Assembly (NCBI GenBank): GCA_964016885.1
Contig: OZ024742.1
Location: 287,122,001-287,186,000 of the forward strand
DNA: 64,000 nt
Direction of reading: 5' to 3'
From: Eledone cirrhosa
Lineage: Eukaryota
Positions 1-12,766 of the stretch are shown here, piece after piece. The position numbers and the translations under genes are program-made. Position 1 is the stretch's first letter. Every line of letters begins with the position of its first letter. The notes under the pieces were generated by a model. The model searched no databases. It was not told the origin of the DNA and saw only the letters and a list, made by a program, of their open reading frames with translations.

Positions 1-1020
1 GTAGTGAGATATAGAGAGCGAGAGAAAATTTGTTGGTTTAGTGAGAGAGGGGGAATTAAGAGAGTGAAAGAGAGTGAGTTATGTAGTGGAATATAGAGAG
101 GGGGGAGAGAGTTTATTGGCCTAGTGAGAGAGGGGGTATTGTGATAATGAAAGAGAGTGAGGTATGTAGGGGAATAAAGAGAGGTGGAGAGAATTTAGTG
201 GTCTAGTGAGAGAGGGGGTATTGTAGTGGAATATATAGAGTGGGAAAGTATTTGTTGGTTTAGAGGGAGAGGGGAAATTAAGAGAGCGAGAGAGAGTGAT
301 GTATGTAGTGGTATATAGAGAGTGGGAGAGAATTTGCTGGTCTAGTGAGAGTGGGGGAAATAAGAGGGTGAAAGAGATTGAGATATGTAGTGGAATATCG
401 AGAGCGGGAGAGAATTTGGTGGTCTATTGAGAGAGGGGGAATTATGAGAGAGCGTGTTGTATGTAGTGATGCATAGAGAGCGGGAGAGAATTTTTTGGTT
501 TAGTGAGAGGGGGGGGAATTAAGAGAGTGAAAGCGAGTGAGTTATGTAGTGGAATATAGAGGGGGGGGGGGGTTAGTGGTTTAGTGAGAGAGGGGGATTT
601 GTGAGAGAGTGAAGTTAATAGTGGTATAGAGTGAGGGGGAGAGAATTTGGTGGTATAGTGAGAGAAGGGCAACTGTGAGAGAGAGTGAGGTATATAGTGA
701 GATATAGAGAGAAGGAGCGAATTTGTTGATTTAGAGAAAGAGAGGTAATTAAGTGAGTGGAAGAGAGTGAGTTATGTAGTGGAATGTGAAGAGGGGGAGA
801 GAATTTGGCAGTCTAGTGACTGAGGGTAGAATTTTTTGTGGTTTAATGAGAGTGAGAGAAAGTGAGGTATGCAGTTGCATATAGAGAGGGAGAGAGGGTA
901 TGGTGGTCTAGTGAGAGAGAGTGAGGCATGTAGTGGAATATAGAGTGGATGAGAAAGGTATAATTTTTTAGAGAGAGAGGGGTAATATTTTGAGAACGAG
1001 TGACAAAATAATTGTAGGAG
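1..1020. repeat. Degenerate purine-rich (GA/GT) minisatellite, unit about 50-70 bp
   Basis: The motif gagagtgag.tatgtagtggaatatagagag.gggagagaattt.gtggt.tagtgagagagggg recurs more than 10 times. Confidence 0.8.
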
Positions 1021-1282
1021 GGAAGAAAAATGTCTGAATATTGGGTTTCACAGTAAAGTGGCTGTATATATATGAGTGTGTGCATTTATACGTATGTGTG
1101 TGTGTATATATATATATGTGTATATTTATATATGTGTGTATGTGTGTGTGTGTTTATATATATGTATGTGTGTTTATTTATATATGTGTGTGTTTATATG
1201 TTTGTGTGTGTGTTTATATGTGTGTATGTGTGTGTGAATATGTATGTGTGTGTGTATGTGTTTGTATATATATATGTGTGTG

Positions 1283-1540
1283 TGGTTAGGGTGTTCGGTT
1301 CCCAATCATAAGGTCATGAGTTTGATTCCCGGTGGCGCGTTTTGTCCTTGCGCAAGACACTTTATTTCATGTTGCTCCAATCCACTCAGCTGGCAAAAAT
1401 GGGTTTTACCTGTAACTCGAAGGACCAGCCTTGTCACACACTCTGTCACACTGAATCTCCCTGAGAACTATGTAAAGGGTAAGTGTGTCTGTGGAATGCT
1501 CAGCCACTTGCACATTAATTTCACGAGCAGGCTGTTATGT
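1283..1540 (+). mobile_element. tRNA-derived SINE (5'-eroded)
   Basis: Has tggttagggtg..gagtttgattcc (A/B-box-like) and the core ttgtccttg.gcaagacactttatt; similar copy at about 16775-17060. Confidence 0.7.
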
Positions 1541-1599
1541 GGTTGTCTGTGACCTATATATACTGGTCACATACTCACACACACACACACATACAGACA

Positions 1600-2090
1600 G
1601 CTTGAGATCGGTGTGGAAGTCGGACCTTCGTAAAGACCTGAAAATCCGCCTCTTCATTGCTGTAGTGGATTCTGTGCTGCTGTACGGGTCCGAGACTTGG
1701 ACACTGACCAAGAAACTCACTCAGATGCTGGATGGGTGCTACATGAGAATGCTGAGGATGGCTCTGAACATTAATCAGTATACACTGAGGATGAAAAACT
1801 CAGAGCTGTATGGGAGCCTCCCAAAAGTCAGCTCAAAAGTGACACAGAGGAGACTGAGGTTAGCTGGATATGCTCACCGACATCCAGAGTTGACATTGCA
1901 CTCAGTGCTCCTGTGGAAGACCCTACATGGATACACTGGAAGAGGAAGACCAAGGTTAACGTATGTTGATGCCCTAAGGACAGACACTGGTCTGTTGGAG
2001 ACGCAGGACATTGCAGCGATAATGAGGGACAGAGACCACTGGAGAGAACTCGTCCATGGATCTCGGGAATTTTACTCGCCCTAGAATAGA
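1600..2090 (+). mobile_element. 3' fragment of a non-LTR retrotransposon (RTE-like C-terminus)
   Basis: ORF 1485..2084 reads SVLLYGSETWTLTK..RRLRLAGYAHRH..GRGRPRLTYVD, a typical post-RT region; ends in (TA)n. Confidence 0.8.
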
Positions 2091-2107
2091 ATATATATAT
2101 ATATATA

Positions 2108-2440
2108 TAAAATTGAAAAAGTGGAGAATAACATGGTCAACAGAACAAAAAAGGGGATTTATTTGCAATCTAACAATTGTTTCACTGATAGAGTTGTCTA
2201 AAAATTGCTGAACACTAAAAGTAGTGCCACTCAATTTTAAATACGATGTTAACTCTATTAGATCTTTGGAACAGTTTCCGAAGATCTAATAGAGTTAACA
2301 TCATATTTAAAATTGAGTGGCACTGCTTTTAGTGTTCAGCAATTTTTAGACAACTCTATCAATGAAACAATTGTTAGACTGCAAATAAATCCCCTTTTTT
2401 GTACTGTTGACCATGTTATTCTCCACTTTTTCAATTTTAT
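2108..2440. repeat. Near-perfect palindrome (arms about 160 bp, centre about 2272)
   Basis: aattgaaaaagtggagaataacatggtcaacag...agatctttggaa is the reverse complement of ttccgaagatct...ctgttgaccatgttattctccactttttcaatt. Confidence 0.9.
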
Positions 2441-3738
2441 TACTCCAAGATAAACTTACATAAGTTAACCAGGGTAAGGTTCCTCCAACAGGAATAAGAA
2501 GGCCTTGGATTGAATATATATGTCAACTTCCTTTCAGCACAATCCAACCAACAATTTAAAAATTTTATCAGCTTGACTTGTATCAAATGTAATCTCAACT
2601 AAACCTTTACTTCGTTTTTCATTCTTATTTCTAATTATATTTCTCAGTTAAGTATTAATTTTTATAACAGTAATACCGGGAAACATTGATGAACTTTCTC
2701 ATGTTTTGGCAACTTGGCCAATCGCTGCCATATAATACTTGCCCACCATCTTTCTACCATCTTCAAGTGGTCTCTCTACCTTTCTCTCTTCTTCTTTCTT
2801 AACCCTTTAGTTACCAGCTCAGCAAAAACCGACCCTGATTCTATAAAATAAAACAACCATTTTAAAGGTTTCCAATTTAAATTAAAATCTTCCAACATAA
2901 TTTTATATAAGAACCTTACATTAAGTTGCTATCTTACTAATGAAATAATTGATAATTTTAGTAAATTCCTCAAAATTCTTCATTAACTAATTGAAATAAA
3001 GTGTATTTCATTAGAAATGTGGTCATGAAAGAGATAAACTCGTATGGCTGCATGGGATAGATGTGGGCTCAGTAAGCTTTGGAAAAACCAGTCCATCTAA
3101 GAGAGCAGTCACTCTGAATAAAATATAAGACTGCATGGGATGGGCCTGGACTCTACAAGTTATAGAGAGGGAGGCCATCTAGGAAAGCTAAATCAAAGCT
3201 GACACAGAGTAAGGTGCACTCTTTCGTTTAGTCAGACAATCTCTCTGGTGCTAGTGATATGACGAAATATACCCAGTGAAGGCTGTAAAGTGGTTGGCCA
3301 TGGGAAGGGCATCCACAAAACTATGATAAACATAGTATTTAAGATTCATACTAATTGTATATACAAAACTAACACTAGTCATGTTAGTGTTGTGCACAGT
3401 AGTGGGATGGCTAGCCTGTTCAGGTGCAAGAATCCTTCAATTATCACAACCACCTTCCATTTCAGGTACTGTTCAGCCGCGACGAAAAAGGTGGTTTTTA
3501 CTCGTCATTAAAATAACTTAAAACAGTAACAGAAAAACTATTCATGAATTCTGTAAAAATTTAACCTCATAATCTAAAGATAATCTACAAAATCTCATAT
3601 GTGTGTATTTAACTGGTATTGTAGTGAATTTTTTTATTTCGATAAAATTAATCTAAACAATTTCGGAGCAGTTAAAAAGCATTCTAATTAATTAGAATAT
3701 TTATTTCTCAAAAATAAAGTTAAGGTAGCAAGATTTAT

Positions 3739-3883
3739 AAAGGGAGAAAATACGTGTTCACTTCCGGAGTTTTTTGCCACACTTGTCAAAAAGACAATAA
3801 AGGGAGATAATCGCTATCAACTGCGGGTGTATTTCTTTGACACATCATATCAGCAAAGGGAGATAATGCCTGTCCACTTCCTG
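3739..3883 (+). promoter_or_regulatory. Putative BSDC1 promoter: three AAAGGGAGA(T/A)AAT modules, two followed by ETS-like CACTTCC(G/T)G
   Basis: Motifs at 3739, 3799 and 3855; CACTTCCGG at 3759 and CACTTCCTG at 3875; 250-400 bp upstream of the ATG. Confidence 0.45.
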
Positions 3884-4132
3884 CACATTTCTGCGACACA
3901 TCATATCTCATGCTGTACAGAAATGCTGACAGAATAAGTTATATTCACGATGTTGTAATATTGCAAGTTCTGTTTGTTTTTTAAAACAATTATTAAAAGG
4001 AGTTTTGTAGAAAGTATTCTTACAGCCAAGTTATAAACAGGCTTACATATATTTGTTCAATTTAGCATGAGAAATTTATTATTATTTTGATTTCTGTTTC
4101 GAGTTATTCATTTCATAATATTGTAAACAATT

Positions 4133-4143
4133 ATGGCTGAAAG
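4133..4143 (+). CDS. BSDC1: BSDC1 coding exon 1 (MAE-S)
   Basis: ATG GCT GAA AG|gtaag. Confidence 0.8.
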
Positions 4144-4649
4144 GTAAGACCTACTCCCAAATATATTTTTTCTCTGTTATTTATTTTGTTTATTTTAGAA
4201 ATTAAAAAAAAGTGACATTTCTAATATTCTCTATTAGTCATCTTTCTTTATAATGCTTTCTTTATTTTAATCTATTCCAGTGAACCTCAGACAGTAAATA
4301 GTTGGTTTGGAGGTTGGATCCAATCTGCTAAAGAGAAAGTATGTGATGTGAAATAGTTCCCTTTTCTTTCGTATATTCAAATTATTTTTATTTCCTTCTT
4401 AGAAAAATTTAATTCAGTTGCAATATTAATATTTCTTTAATGTTATTTTACACGCCCCGCCTTTTTTTTTCAAATATACAAATTAAACCCAGCTTGAAAT
4501 TTATGGTATTTATCGTATAAACAATTGTATTTTTTATAATAGCAAATATCCATATTGTTATTGTTACACTCGTGACTAAACTCCAAACAACTTCCTTCTA
4601 CAATCGTTTTATTCTAGTTTACAATTGCAAACACTATGTTTACATTCTA

Positions 4650-4685
<36 letters not shown>

Positions 4686-7600
4686 GTGTGTGTGACCCCG
4701 GGTGTACTGCCAGAGTCCACTTCAACGGCCGATGACCCTGGAGTTCTGTGTTTTGTATTTTTATTAAAAACAAACAAAACCCCCCAAAATTATACTTATA
4801 AAAATTACAACATTGTTTCCCGTTTTTTCGTCCGTTGTATTGTCCTCTGTTAATTTCCCTCAATTTACCACGCTAAAAATCTAATTTAGTCCAGAAATAG
4901 CCGTCGAAACGGCTCGAGCTCTACCGTCGCGGTCTTGAACATTTTCCTATTACCCACTCTACTACCCTAAGTATTGAGTACTCTGGTGCGTTATGGTCCA
5001 CCTGGTTCCTTACCACACTTCCTTCGTTATATATATATATATGTATATATGTTACTCTGGAGTTTCGTCTGTTCATCGTAGAGTCATCACTAATTAGCCT
5101 TAATAAAATGAATATATATATGTATATATACACATATACATGTATAAATACACATATATGTTTATGCATCTTTATAAAGGAAAACTACTTGCAGAATGAA
5201 AATGAATACACAAATAATAAATACAATCAATTATTTCTAGGAACCTTATAAATATCTTTTTCGTCCACTTATTCCCGCGAGGGTCGTGGGGGAAGAGTCC
5301 TCAAGTACTCCTTCCACAGATCCTGTCAGAAGCAACCCTCTCCAACTGATCGGGCTGGATTCCCCTTATAGATATAATGCACAAAATATATATTTATATA
5401 TATTTTTAGTGTTGAACCGTGTTATAAATTTTAACTCTAAATTATTGTAGATCTTTCATAAATATTGTATTTAGCAATATATTAAACTACAGAAACAAAC
5501 AAAAGTACCCCATATGTCAATATTTTGTCTGTTTGCTGAATTTGTATTAAATACTTGAAATACATAAGAGAATGTTCTTTGTTTGCGGTGATATTAGCTT
5601 GCAGCCAGCTGTTATATTCCCGATGTCAACAGGCTGCTGTAAAGGTAATATTTATGCGAGTGACTCATTATAACCCGGGAAAATAAGTCTAAGAAGTCCA
5701 GAAAAAATATTACGGAAAAATAATAATTTCTCACCAAACGTGAGCGTGTATGTGTGTATGTCTGCGAAACTCCGATGGTCTTTTCGCCCCTTTTCACCCT
5801 ACTTTTTCTACAAAACTAGTCGTTTCCAACTGGTTTGGAGGTCATATTCGTTGATAATACTCCCCCCCCCCCAAAAAAAAATCTCTGTATGGAAAACACC
5901 GAGGAGGGGGGGGGGGGGTTATGTATATTAAAGTATAGATATGATTTTAAAACTGTAATTTCACTTGAAACACTTTATTTATTACAATGTGCCACAATGA
6001 CAATTATATCGCCCTGAGTATATAAGACATTAGGAAGCAGTAAACCATTCACATTATAGACTGTTTGGTGCATTAGATTTTTATTTATTTATTTCTTCAT
6101 GTTTGGACAGTGATGTTTTGTCAAATTTAGTCGATATTAAGTGAGCCACAATCAATTTTAAAATAAGATATTGCGTGCTGTCACTGAAAAAAATTGGGTA
6201 TTATTGCTCGAAAGTCAATAAATAAATAAAATTATGACAAGAAATATTGAAATTGTTTATCTATAGATGATCTCTGCATACACTTCTTTTAATAAACTCC
6301 CAACTCTATCTACACCCTACTTAACTCTTTCATTACCATATTTCTAATGTAAGACTCTGTCTATGTCTTTAACCCTTTCATTACCATATTTCCAATGAAA
6401 GACACTGTCTATGTCATTAACTCTTTCATTACCAAATTTCTGATGTCTGGTCTAGTATTGTAATGACCCATCAAACCCCATGTCTGCTGAAGCATTGTAA
6501 TAGTCTGTCCAACCCCATGTCTGGTCTGGCATTGTGATGGCCTGTCCAATCCCATGCCTGCTCAAGCATCGTAATGACCCATCAAACCCCATGTCTTTTC
6601 TAACATCATAATAACCCATCAAACCCCATGTCTGGTCTAACATCATAATGACCCATCAAACCCTATATCTAGTCTAGCATCGTAATGACCCATCAAACCC
6701 ATGTCTGGTCTGGCATTGTGATGGCCTGTCCAACCCAATGTTTGGTCTGAAGTTGTAATGACCCATCAAGCCCAATGTCTGGTCTGGCATTGTGATGACC
6801 CATCCAACCTATACCAGCATGGAAAGCAGATGTAAAAGAGTGATGATTATAATTTAACATCTAGATATATTTAGTTAAATTTTATTGAATCTAGTTTACA
6901 AAGAAGATATATGATGTACATCCTTTTGTGTAGTTTTTTCTAGTTGTATGTATTTTCACAACCTAGTCTAGTTCATCTTGTGACATCATTATAATCACTT
7001 AACGTCTGGGTTAGACAGGTTGTTGCATGTTGAAATGACCATATTCTGCATGAATGCTTTGTTTTGGCTTGGTTTCTATTTCTAGATGTCCTTCCTAATG
7101 TCAACTTTACAGTGTGTAGTAGGAGCATTTTATTGGGACTCTAGTGCTACCACCTTATAGATGGTTGTTTTTTGTCATGGCATCAGGATGGACTGCATGT
7201 TTTTCATTGTGCCACCAGCACTACCTCATGGCAACACAAGGATGCTCTGTGTCCTTGGTGGTGGTGTGTGTGTGCAAACATCTCACATAGTGCTGATTCA
7301 TTGGTGTAGTTTTGAAACAAGTGGACCATGTCTGAAATAGTGTGGGGGTGTGTCTGGCTTGTGACATATTTTCAAAATTGATATTTAGAGACGGTTGTTG
7401 CTGATGATGATGACTACTGCTAGTGAGGAAGGTTCAATCTGTTTAATTAATCTTTTGTTTTCCCTTTTGTAGTCTTCCACAGCATTTGAATTTGTCAAAC
7501 GAGATCTCGCAGAATTCACCAATGTCATCCATTCGGACACCAGTAAAGCTGTTTCAATGACAAAGTCTACTATTTCTGAAAATTTAAAGGTAAGTTAATT

Positions 7601-10600
7601 CTTCACACTTGCCAGATAGTTCTGAAATGTAGTTGTCCCAATACAAATGACTATAATAATAATTGAGAAAAATTGAGCAAAGTACCCCTGGAGTTTATAC
7701 CTGTTCTGCAATGTTGCCAGATAGTGTCTTTTTAAAATATATTCTGAATTATTTAACCCAAATTCTTTTTGTCATCATCATTCTTATGGTTTTTATGTCT
7801 ATTTTTCAATGCTTGCATAGATTGGATGGGTCCTTTTCAACACAGCATGAAAATCCTTTCTTCATCTACACGGCAAAATCTTTTCATCATCTCCTCTCTG
7901 AGTCTCAGCGATTTGAGATCAGCTCTCAGTACCTCTGCCCAGGTCTTCCTTAGCTTTCCTCTACTGTGGCTTCCTGCCATTGGAATTTCTTGGCACTTCT
8001 TCACCCAGCGACCACCATTCAATATATACTCTTTTATTGATATTAATTCTGATTTTTCTGACAAAGATCTCCTTCAGCTATTGTTATTCATTTATCATCA
8101 TCATCATCGCTTAATGTCAATTTTTCCATGTTAGCATTGGTTAGACGATTTGTCCCATTGTGAGGCATGTCAGATTAGGTGACTCATACAGAACTGTTTC
8201 TAGCTTAGTTTCTACAGCTGGATGCCCTTCCTAATGCCAACTGCATGTAGTGTGGACTGGGTGCTTTTTATCGTGGCACCAACACAAACACTTTCCAGGG
8301 TGGGCTGGATGATTTTTATTGTCAACAACACAACCACTTTACAGGGTTGGCTGGGTGCTTTTTGTTGTGTCATTAACACGACCACTTTGTAGTTTGCACT
8401 GGGTGCTTTTTATCATGCCATCAAAATGTCCACTTTACAATGTGGACTGGGTGCTTTTTATTGTGGCACCAAAAAATACTTTTCTCATCCATAGTAGTTC
8501 ACATATTTTGAACATTAAATAGCTTATGTTAATAAACAACAGAAAAAAAGGAGGATATTTTTATTTGATTTACTCAATGGGAAATATGCAATTTAGTGAC
8601 TATAGATATTTTATCAATCAATGGTTATTATTGATCAACAGATCAATCACTGTCAGTTATTGCTCAATAATTTGCTGTGCTCTATTAATTAGCAGACATT
8701 ACACACTCATCACCACCACCACACTCCATTTTCTTTCCTTTGAAAAAGAGGTCCAAACCTCAAAATGCCACGAAATATAAGGTGATAGTCTAAACCGCAG
8801 GTTCTCAACCCATTTAGGCCAAACGCCCCTTTTTGTCCCTCGAAATCACGAAACGTACCCCCCCCCCCTCCTACCCTATTTTTCCATTTTTCAATATACT
8901 ACTGATTTTGATATCAGTAGATTACTAAAAAATTGATTAACAATATTCCAAAGATACCATTGCAGGCAGCTGAGAGTATAAATACATTCCTTGAAAGGAA
9001 ATATATAAATTTAAAAAAAAGGAACATAAATGTTCTTTTTTATGAATAAGGTCCAGTTGAATTTGCTATATTCCCACTAGGCGATACCAGCTATTTTGAA
9101 CATTTATACAAGAGCAACTCTGTCTATTCCAAGAGTGCTCTTATCTGGAAGAAAGTGGCAATTATATCATTTCAAAGCTTTCCAATTTTCCCTTTAATGA
9201 AACGGACAAAATAAATGTTGATATCTAACTTGATGTCCCCTCTGCTTTGTGAGCTTAGGGACCACGGAAGAGGGTTTTCATGACCACGCGGGAGGGTATA
9301 TTTATTAGTAAATGGTAAAATATATACAACAAATGAGTAAGTGAATTGTAGTAGATGGTTTCCAGTCCAGTCAGACTGCAACTACAAATTGTTAATAATT
9401 TGCTTTGTGACAATAGCATATCCAAGTTTTCGGATAAATCAACTTACTTTCACTTTGACTCATTTCAATGGGACCCTTGAGCTTCATGGAGTCTAGCTAA
9501 CTCTTTGACGTGAGGCTGAATTTTCCTAAGATGTAGCCAGAGATCTCCACGTGTAATTACATTGTAGCAGTTGCGAGCCTTACTGTGCAGTCTGGAAACA
9601 CCACCAAACCTCCTCTTGACTAAGTATGAGCTTGGAAAAGGCAGAGCAAATCTCTTAGCCTCTGCATGTAGGTGTGGAAATCAACGCTGAATTTCCTCTT
9701 GCATCCCAAAAAGGGGTTCACCTATTTTGGGAAATCTAATTTTGATCATGTCATCTGCTTGAAGTTCAATGAATTCTTCCTGAAATTTAACGTCCAAATC
9801 GTCGACGTTAGCTATGAAGGGATCTGCTAACCACATTGGGATGTCCATCGGCAAAAGGTCGACAAACCGTTTTCTCATGTTGTCTTGTAGCGCACGGAGG
9901 TGAGTGGTATAAATTTGGAGTTGGTCATCGCTTACAATGTTTTGAACATTGGCAACACTAGGAAAATTATAGAATTCCCGTCAACAAAGATTCCTTTCGA
10001 TGACATTCAATTTGGCCAGGAATGTTTTCACAGCATTCCTTGCTTTAAGCAAGGTGATCTTCTTCCCCTGTAAAGCTAAAATGACGCTATTGCATTTGCG
10101 AAGATGTCGGTGAGGTAGGCACAGTCTTGCCTCACATCGAGGGTTTTCTTGTACAGTTCTGTGTTGCGTCCTCGCAGAAACTCAATGATAGAGTCGAAGA
10201 GTTCAAAGAAGTGAGTAAAGCACTTGCCCTTTGAAAGCCACCTCACCTCAGTATGAAGGAGCAACTTGACGAATTCTTCGTCATTATCTTGGCACAGTTG
10301 CCGGAAAATTCGTTCATTGAGGGAATGCCGTTTGATAAAATTTATGACATCAATGGCCACCTACAAGGACTTGGTCAGCGGCTTGCTGAGTTTCTTCGCA
10401 GCCAAGTGTTGTCGATGAATGACAAAATGAACAGCAAATACAGATAGATTTTCTCTCTTCAGAAGAGTGACGAAGCCCTTATTGTGTCCATGGGCTGCTC
10501 TGATGATCAGCTCCTTTCCATTCCTTGAACGACCATGCAGAAGCTCCCTCATTGACTAATAAGAGACATGAGATGGTGCACACAACTTGTTCCAATGCAT

Positions 10601-12723
10601 TCCAAAATGATATTATGCTTCATTTTGGCAGTATTGGTAGAGGGTCGGACGCCATGCTTTGACGTATAGAGTTACGGCCTTTGCCATTCTGAGTTCAAAT
10701 CCCGCCAAGGTTAACTTTGCCTTTCATCCTTACGGGATCGATAAAATAAAGTACCAGTAATGCACTGGGTAATTGTTGGCCTTGTGCCTAACGTAGAAAC
10801 AATTATATTTTATAGGCTGAAAATGCTGTTGTTGCAAAAAGTAAAATGCAGGAGGGCTTCAGTCATCTTCTTCACGGTATTTCCAAGGCTCTTGAAGTTG
10901 AAGAATCTCCAGAATCATCAACTGGTACAAATGAAACTAAAACTGCTGTATATGACCGAGCACAGGTACTGTTTCAACTCTTTCTTCCTCCTTATATCAA
11001 CTGTCTCTTTCTCCTTTTACCAATCTTTCTCTCTCCTATCAACTGTTTGTTATCAGATAACTGGTGGTGCTGGTCGTCGCTGTCATCTTCTTCATCTATT
11101 ATATCACTAATATCTTTGTTATCCAACTGTGTGCCTCTGATATCTATGTTATATCTCTGTCTCTGATATCTATGTTATACAACTGTGTCTTTGATATCTA
11201 TATTGTCTCTATGATATCTTTGTTGTATATCTGTCTTTTATATCTATGTTATACAACTGTGTGTCTCAGATATCTGTGTTATATCTCTGATATCTTTGTT
11301 ATATAACTGTGTCTTTGGTATTTATGTTATACAACTGTGTGTCTTTGATATCTATGTTATATCTGTGTTTTCTCTCTGTTTCTGATATCCCTGTTATATA
11401 ACTCTATGTCTCTGATATCTATGTTATACAACTGTGTGTCTCTGATATCTTATATTATACAACTGTTATTTCAGGCAAGACTTCATGCCATTCAAATTGA
11501 TCCGGGAACTTATTGCAATCCATCATCATCAACTGATAAATTTACAGAATGGCTGAAGACTTTTGAGTTGGAAAATGAGAAGGGGTCAATCTCAGAACTT
11601 CTTGTATCAAATGCAAATATTCGAGCACTTTACACTAATTTGGTAAGTCTGGCTGATATTATTTTAATGTGTCCATATTTCTGCTCTATAACAAACCAAT
11701 CAGTCTAATGGCTGCTGTATACCAAAATATTAACATTGGCACAAAGTCACATATTGTCAACAGGGTCATATTTAGACTATATTTAGAACAGGGTCATATT
11801 TAAACTATATTTAGTTCAGGATCATATTTAGACTATATTTAGACCAGGGTCATATTTAGACCGGGGTCACATTTGGACTATATTTAGACCAAGGCCATAT
11901 TTAGACTATTTTTAGTCCAGTACCATATTTACGCTATATTTAGTCAAGGGTCATATTTAGACTATTTTTAGTCCAGGATCATATTTAGGCTTTTTTTAGT
12001 CCAGCGTCATATTTAGGCTATTTTTAGTCCAGGGTTATATTTAGGCTATTTTTCGTCCAGGATCATATTTAGACCAGGGCCATATTTAGACTATTTTTGG
12101 TCCAGAGTCATATTTAGGCTATATTTAGTCAAGGGTCATATTTAGACTATTTTTCACTCCACAAAGAAAGCCTGATGCACTGTGCAATGTATCACCAGAT
12201 ACTCCTCACACCTATTAGGGCCACTCCTACCTCCTTCCCTTGGCAAGCAACATGTAGCCTAGTTAACCCACCCCTCCCGCCCTCACTTTCTTCCCATTCC
12301 TCCATACTGTCCTCCCAGGCTGGCTGAGTACGCAAGGACCCTAGTGTTGTAAAGAGATAATGTTGGCGTCAGAATAAAATATTCTCAGCCCTCACTGTAA
12401 AGTGATAGTGCCACAATAAAATGCCCTTCCTATCACCAACCACTTTACAGAGTGTACTGGGTGCATCTATCATGTAGATACCAACATTAGAGAGGCTGTT
12501 GTGCCCTTAACATAACTGAATAGCCCTGCCCAGCCTTTGTTTGGTAGGTTTTCTATGACTGGATGCCCTTATCACCAACCATTTTACAGAGTGTACTGGG
12601 CACATTTATCAAGTAGATCACCAACACTCAAAAGGCTGTTGTGCCCTTAACACAACTGAAGAGACCTCTTGACCCTTTTTTGGCAGGATTTATGGAATTA
12701 TATATATATATACATATAGTTTG

Positions 12724-12766
<43 letters not shown>

